DNA from: Bacteroidota bacterium
GTDB taxonomy: Bacteria; Bacteroidota; Bacteroidia; Bacteroidales; VadinHA17
DNA length: 64,000 nt
NCBI GenBank assembly: GCA_037127735.1
Contig: JBAXXU010000003.1
Span: 229 to 64,228, forward strand
Direction of reading: 5' to 3'
Part shown: in pieces, positions 63,187 through 64,000 of the stretch
Position numbering within the stretch: position 1 is the first letter of the stretch
Layout: each line of letters begins with the position of its first letter
Notes under the pieces: model-generated
What the model was told of the DNA's origin: nothing
Databases searched by the model: none
Seen by the model: only the letters and a program-made list of their open reading frames with translations
Translations under genes and position numbers: made by a program

Positions 63187-64000
63187 TTACAAAATTGTCT
63201 TTTCTGTTTCAGTATCAAAAAAATGTAGCCTCTCCAAATCTATTCCTACCGTAAGTCTTTCGCCTGGTATATGTGCATACGAAGAACTACTTCTGTAAGA
63301 ATAAATTACATCCATTCCTTTTAACTTGAAATGGTTATACGATTCGCTTCCAACATTTTCGACTACCAGTATTTCTATCTGCACATTGGTAGATAAGCGT
63401 CTTTCTTTTTCCAGGCCTTTGTCATATACATATTCCGGACGGAAACCCATATCAACCATTTTACCCAGATATTTTTCCATTGAAATCCGCAACGGGGGTG
63501 GAATGGAAATTTTCATTCCTTCGTTTATAAAATATAACTCTTCTTCTTTTATTATTTTACCTGAAACAAAATTCATTGCCGGGCTTCCTATGAAACCTGC
63601 CACAAATTTATTTACAGGATGCGTGAATACATTTACCGGGGTGTCTGTTTGATGTACCACACCATCTTTCAGAATTACTATCTTATCACCCATTGCCATT
63701 GCTTCTATCTGGTCGTGGGTAACATAAACCATAGTATTTTTTAAATGCCTGTGCAGACGTTTGATTTCGGTTCGCATCTGAACACGTAGTTTGGCATCAA
63801 GATTCGACAATGGTTCATCAAACAAAAATACATCGGGTTTCCGAACAATAGCGCGACCTATTGCTACACGCTGGCGTTGCCCTCCCGACATTTCTTTCGG
63901 CAAACTATCCAGGTATTCAGTGATCCCTAATGTTTTTGCGGCATCTGTTACTCTTTGATGTATTTCAGCTTTAGCCATCTTCTTCAGTTTCAACCCAAAA
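63187..64000 (-). CDS. MalK/MsmK/UgpC-type sugar ABC transporter ATP-binding protein, 5'-truncated by the window edge
   Basis: LSGGQRQRVAIGRA signature, Walker B FLFDEPLSNLDAKLR, H-loop VTHDQ, and a MalK-type C-terminal regulatory domain. The frame stays open to nt 64000 (FGLKLKKMAK...). Confidence 0.9.
   Translation of the reverse strand, partial: FGLKLKKMAKAEIHQRVTDAAKTLGITEYLDSLPKEMSGGQRQRVAIGRAIVRKPDVFLFDEPLSNLDAKLRVQMRTEIKRLHRHLKNTMVYVTHDQIEAMAMGDKIVILKDGVVHQTDTPVNVFTHPVNKFVAGFIGSPAMNFVSGKIIKEEELYFINEGMKISIPPPLRISMEKYLGKMVDMGFRPEYVYDKGLEKERRLSTNVQIEILVVENVGSESYNHFKLKGMDVIYSYRSSSSYAHIPGERLTVGIDLERLHFFDTETEKTIL

Overview
This 64-kb chromosomal segment looks Bacteroidota-like: it has two SusC-family TonB-dependent transporters, one SusD, many lipoprotein and twin-arginine signal peptides, and AT-rich intergenic DNA. 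I recognised no rRNA, tRNA, CRISPR array, transposase or integrase. Layout: (i) 1-3352 holds a 5'-truncated N6-adenine DNA methyltransferase, followed in one apparent operon by an ABC/SMC-type ATPase and a small Toprim-like protein. This is a candidate restriction/defence module and my top candidate for an undescribed system. (ii) 3458-22100 (+) is a long co-directional glycan-catabolism cluster with no SusC/D of its own. It contains a GH35-like enzyme, a Rieske oxygenase, a TAT-exported Gfo/Idh/MocA, a NagB-like protein, an M14-like protein, two large unknown secreted proteins, a URO-D-fold protein, two GH38-like mannosidases and an AGE epimerase. (iii) 22185-27693 holds a TAT-exported unknown, an MFS sugar porter and two more URO-D-fold genes. 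(iv) 27.7-31.5 kb holds an isolated ATPase+DUF234-type gene next to eroded glycosidase genes. (v) 31.5-41.6 kb holds a DUF4838/discoidin protein, a TAT aldo-keto reductase, and an MFS / DUF1080 / Gfo-Idh-MocA / NagB-like / kinase operon. (vi) 41.8-60.5 kb (-) reads, in transcription order: SusC, SusD, an intrinsic terminator, a GC-rich repeat field, three ~1100-aa FG-GAP/ASPIC-UnbV paralogues with a small lipoprotein, and a second SusC paralogue without SusD. (vii) 60.8-64 kb (-) holds a GH65 phosphorylase and a 5'-truncated MalK-type ABC ATPase. Several families of short palindromic or tandem intergenic repeats occur. All family names come from reading motifs by eye and from memory of those families; no database search or computation was possible.
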